From contig CM060734.1 of NCBI GenBank assembly GCA_030704615.1, positions 868,001-932,000 of the forward strand: 64,000 bases of DNA, given 5' to 3'. The notes beneath the pieces are model-generated. The model searched no databases, was not told the origin of the DNA, and saw nothing but the letters and a program-made list of their open reading frames with translations. Origin of the DNA: Takakia lepidozioides (lineage: Eukaryota; Plantae; Bryophyta). Of this stretch, positions 61,101-64,000 are shown one piece after another. A program made the translations under genes and the position numbers. The stretch's first letter is position 1; every line of letters begins with the position of its first letter.

Positions 61101-64000
61101 GTGGTGTGTAGCCGCGGTGACTGCACATTTGTGGAGGCTTAGTTCCATTCCGGACCATGAATTGAAGCGAGATAATTTATCGACTTGGCGATTGAGATGT
61201 TGAGGCTTGTGTGCTAGGATAGCGAGGTTGTCAGCATATGTTGCCGCTGATATTTCATTAGTAGATGTTGTGTATTGGTACCCAAGGTTACCCCTGGCCA
61301 ACCATCTTAGAAGAGGTTCTAAGAAAACGATGAATAGGTAAGGGCTCAGTGTGTCTCCTTGGATAGTGCCACGTAGAACATGGATAGGGTGAGTGGAGCC
61401 GTAATCGGATCCGGAGTATTCTGTGGTGTTATTGGTGTAAATATTGCCGATGATTTGGATGGCATCGGTAGGGTAGCCTACATCTGTCATTACAGCTAGC
61501 AGAGAGTCGAACGAATTTAAAGAGGAGCTCATGGAACTGTGGGTCAAGAGCTTGAAGTATGGCATTGGGAATGAGGTCCGGGCCGGGGGCCTTGGCTTTG
61601 GAGAGGGTTTTTAGGCATGAGTCATATAAGTCTTTGGTGAATGAGCTCAGAATGCAGTCTGAGGGGAGGCCCCTCTTTTCTAGGGAGAAGCCATCTAAGT
61701 CATGCCATGGGTAGTGTTTGATTTTGCATAAACAATTGAGTGTGTGTAGGTTGGGGTGCAGGCAGTTAGTGACGGTTGGATTTGTAGGAGGACGATGCCT
61801 GAAGCCAGATTTCATTTTTAATTTCATCTGCTTTTGTTAACAAGTGGCCTAATCTGTGTTTAAGACAGTCAATAGGGGGGGGTTAGTTGCAGGATTGAAG
61901 ATAGCTTTGTGGGCTCTTTTGGGGTGTTCGTGTAATAATTTGCCAAAAGAAGCAACAATTTTTTTGTGATTGGCAGTGGCTTTGTGCTTGGTGATGGTAT
62001 AGGCTGCTTTTTTGGCGTCTCAGCCCAGTTTGGATAGGGAGGCGATCCATTGGGGGAGAGAGGCAGGGTCACATGGCGGGGGCATAAGTGAGTGGCACAC
62101 AGTTAAGGTACTTAAGCTGGTTATGCGACGATCGGATCTCCAGTCGCTCTGTGGGAGGGACGAGGCGGAGAGTATGATAGCTAGAGCTCGGCGGATGGTG
62201 TGATAGATATTAAGGTGGGCAGTCCATTCCCGTTTTTGTGTTCTGGTGAGGTAGCCACCGTTTTGCTTTGAGCGGGTGGTCTGGGGAAGGTCTGGGGGGG
62301 CCGAGCATGTGGCAAGAACACTCGTAGTCAGTTCTAGTAACGTGGAGGTGAATATGCCCTCAGCTTGAGCCCAAGCAGTCTCAGGGAATAGGCGTACGTT
62401 GGTATCGGAGAGTACGGGGGTAATTTTGTGTATGAAGATGGAGGAGGCTGAGTGGAAATGATATTGGAACGCCTTTATGTTGCTGTGGGGAATAGGGGAT
62501 AGAATTTGGGGTTGAGGAGGTGGGGGTGTGCATGTCCGGGATGGGCCAGAATGGGACAAGAGAAGGGGGGAGGGAGATAGATACCGGGTAGTGATCCGAG
62601 TTGCAGAGGCTATTAATATGGACATGGCTCTGGAGGTAAGTTGGGATGTCATTACAGGTTCTGAGATAGAAGCCATCAAGTAGGCTTAATGAGGAGTAGT
62701 GGAGACCGCCTTGTCTATAGTCGGCGGGAATGTATTTAAGTGTAAGGAGTTGGGTGAATGCAGCCCATTCGTGGTCCATCGAGGACGGGGCTTGTGGGTT
62801 CCGTTGTATGAGTGACCAGACAGTGCAATATCTCTGTTGAAGTCACCGGCGAGTATGACATGGTGTTGCTGATAATCGGGATGGGTGACTGTGCCGGAGA
62901 TGGTGTGTAGAATGTCCAGTATAAGGGGGAGATCATCAGTATGAGAGGGCATATATAGGTGTATAAGGGTAATGGGGCATAAGGCTGGTGGGTGTAGTTG
63001 AACTATTTGGAGATATGAGCGGATGGGGATGGGGACGGTTATCTTGGTGGTAGTGTTGGGGGAGTAGTGAGAGCGAAGGATCCCTAGTGCTACGCCTCCC
63101 CGGGTGGGCTTGTATGGGGCGGATCAACGCAGGAGGCATTGAGGTGCTGTGTAGGGGTTGCCATATAGTAGGTGATAGTCCGGTAGGAGTTTATTAATAT
63201 AAGAGCTGCTGGTGTTGGTGGTGTGTAGCTTAGTTTCTTGTAGAAGGAAGATGTGTGGTTGTGAAGTGCTAGAGAAGAGGTGAAGCAGGCTTTGTATACT
63301 CGTAGCCAGGGAGCCCACATTCCATGAGGTGATAGTAAGTGTATTGTGGCAGGCCTCGGGGGGCCCGGTCGGGTGGGATGGGACTGGGGGGCCGACAAGG
63401 GCTCCGCGACATGAGTTCTGGTAGGTGGGGGGTCGTAGTCTGGTAATGGCATTGAGTGTGGCGTCTAGGATATCGGCAGAAAGGAAGGGAAATTTGTTAA
63501 TGATGTTTTGTTGGTCATGATCTGGTGTGGTAACCGTTACTAGGTAGTCCCCCAAAATATTGTGGACCACCTTGGTTTGTGAATCTAAGAGTTTGAGGGA
63601 GCGGTGGATCTCGGTTAAACGTGAGGAGGGTCCACATACTGGTGAGAGAGCGGAGGTAGCCCTTTTAGTTGACGTAAAGCCATCACCAAATGGCTTGCGT
63701 GACCTGGATGATATGACAAAGGCAGTGTGGCCATATATATCAGAGATGGCTAGAGGATTGAGTGTGACTGGAAATATCCATTACAAGTTTCGGGAAGAGG
63801 GGAGATAGTGACGATTAGCGAAAAAAAGAGCTGGCATGTGGTAAACGTCTTAAGTTTATGGAGGGCCTTAGTGAGAGCTGGGTATAAGTTGGGGGGTAGC
63901 CCGAAAGTTTCGATGTGGTGCGTGGGTACGTGTGTCGGGTTTGGTTGGTTAGGGAAGTAAGGTATGAAGTGGTCAAGAATGTGTCGGTAGCTATGTGAGA
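58170..64000 (-). mobile_element. Degenerate Dualen/RandI-like LINE: APE - RT - chromodomain - PCIF1-like domain - RNase H
   Basis: SWNVGSL, LQETKL, AGDFNRD, SDHYPV; RGTIQGDTLSPYLF..FLEPLLRWL, YADNL; YLCKWADY...TW; SSPLTC...RDCVFGAHG...W.G.GLAHPP; YTDGS, RAEL, FTDS, KVRSHTGIIGNEETD. Confidence 0.85.

Overview
Transposon-dense eukaryotic DNA from a plant, probably a non-seed land plant; the host is inferred from gene and TE types, not proven. It holds two intact divergent host genes: a VTI1 Qb-SNARE (minus) and a CGI-58/ABHD5-like acyltransferase/lipase (plus). Around them lie nested TEs: Ty3/gypsy chromovirus copies (one full length, TSD GTGTT), several copies of an RTE/RTEX-like LINE, a MITE, and a Dualen/RandI-like LINE carrying a chromodomain and a PCIF1-like methyltransferase-like domain. 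The most striking structure is at about 9.1-33.1 kb: two related but diverged Mutator-like (MULE) elements in opposite orientation. Each carries a large spliced accessory gene with a ParB/Srx-type domain (VWDGNHR) and a C-terminal beta-class amino-DNA-methyltransferase-like domain. Each also carries its own family of CpG-rich palindromes sharing a GTCGAC core (CAACCTCGCGTCGACGCGAGGTTG vs GATGATCGTCGACGATCATC), placed in equivalent introns. This suggests a transposon-encoded ParB/parS-like or VANC-like self-recognition/anti-silencing system. All TE copies here are degenerate, and some single-base frameshifts may be assembly errors.
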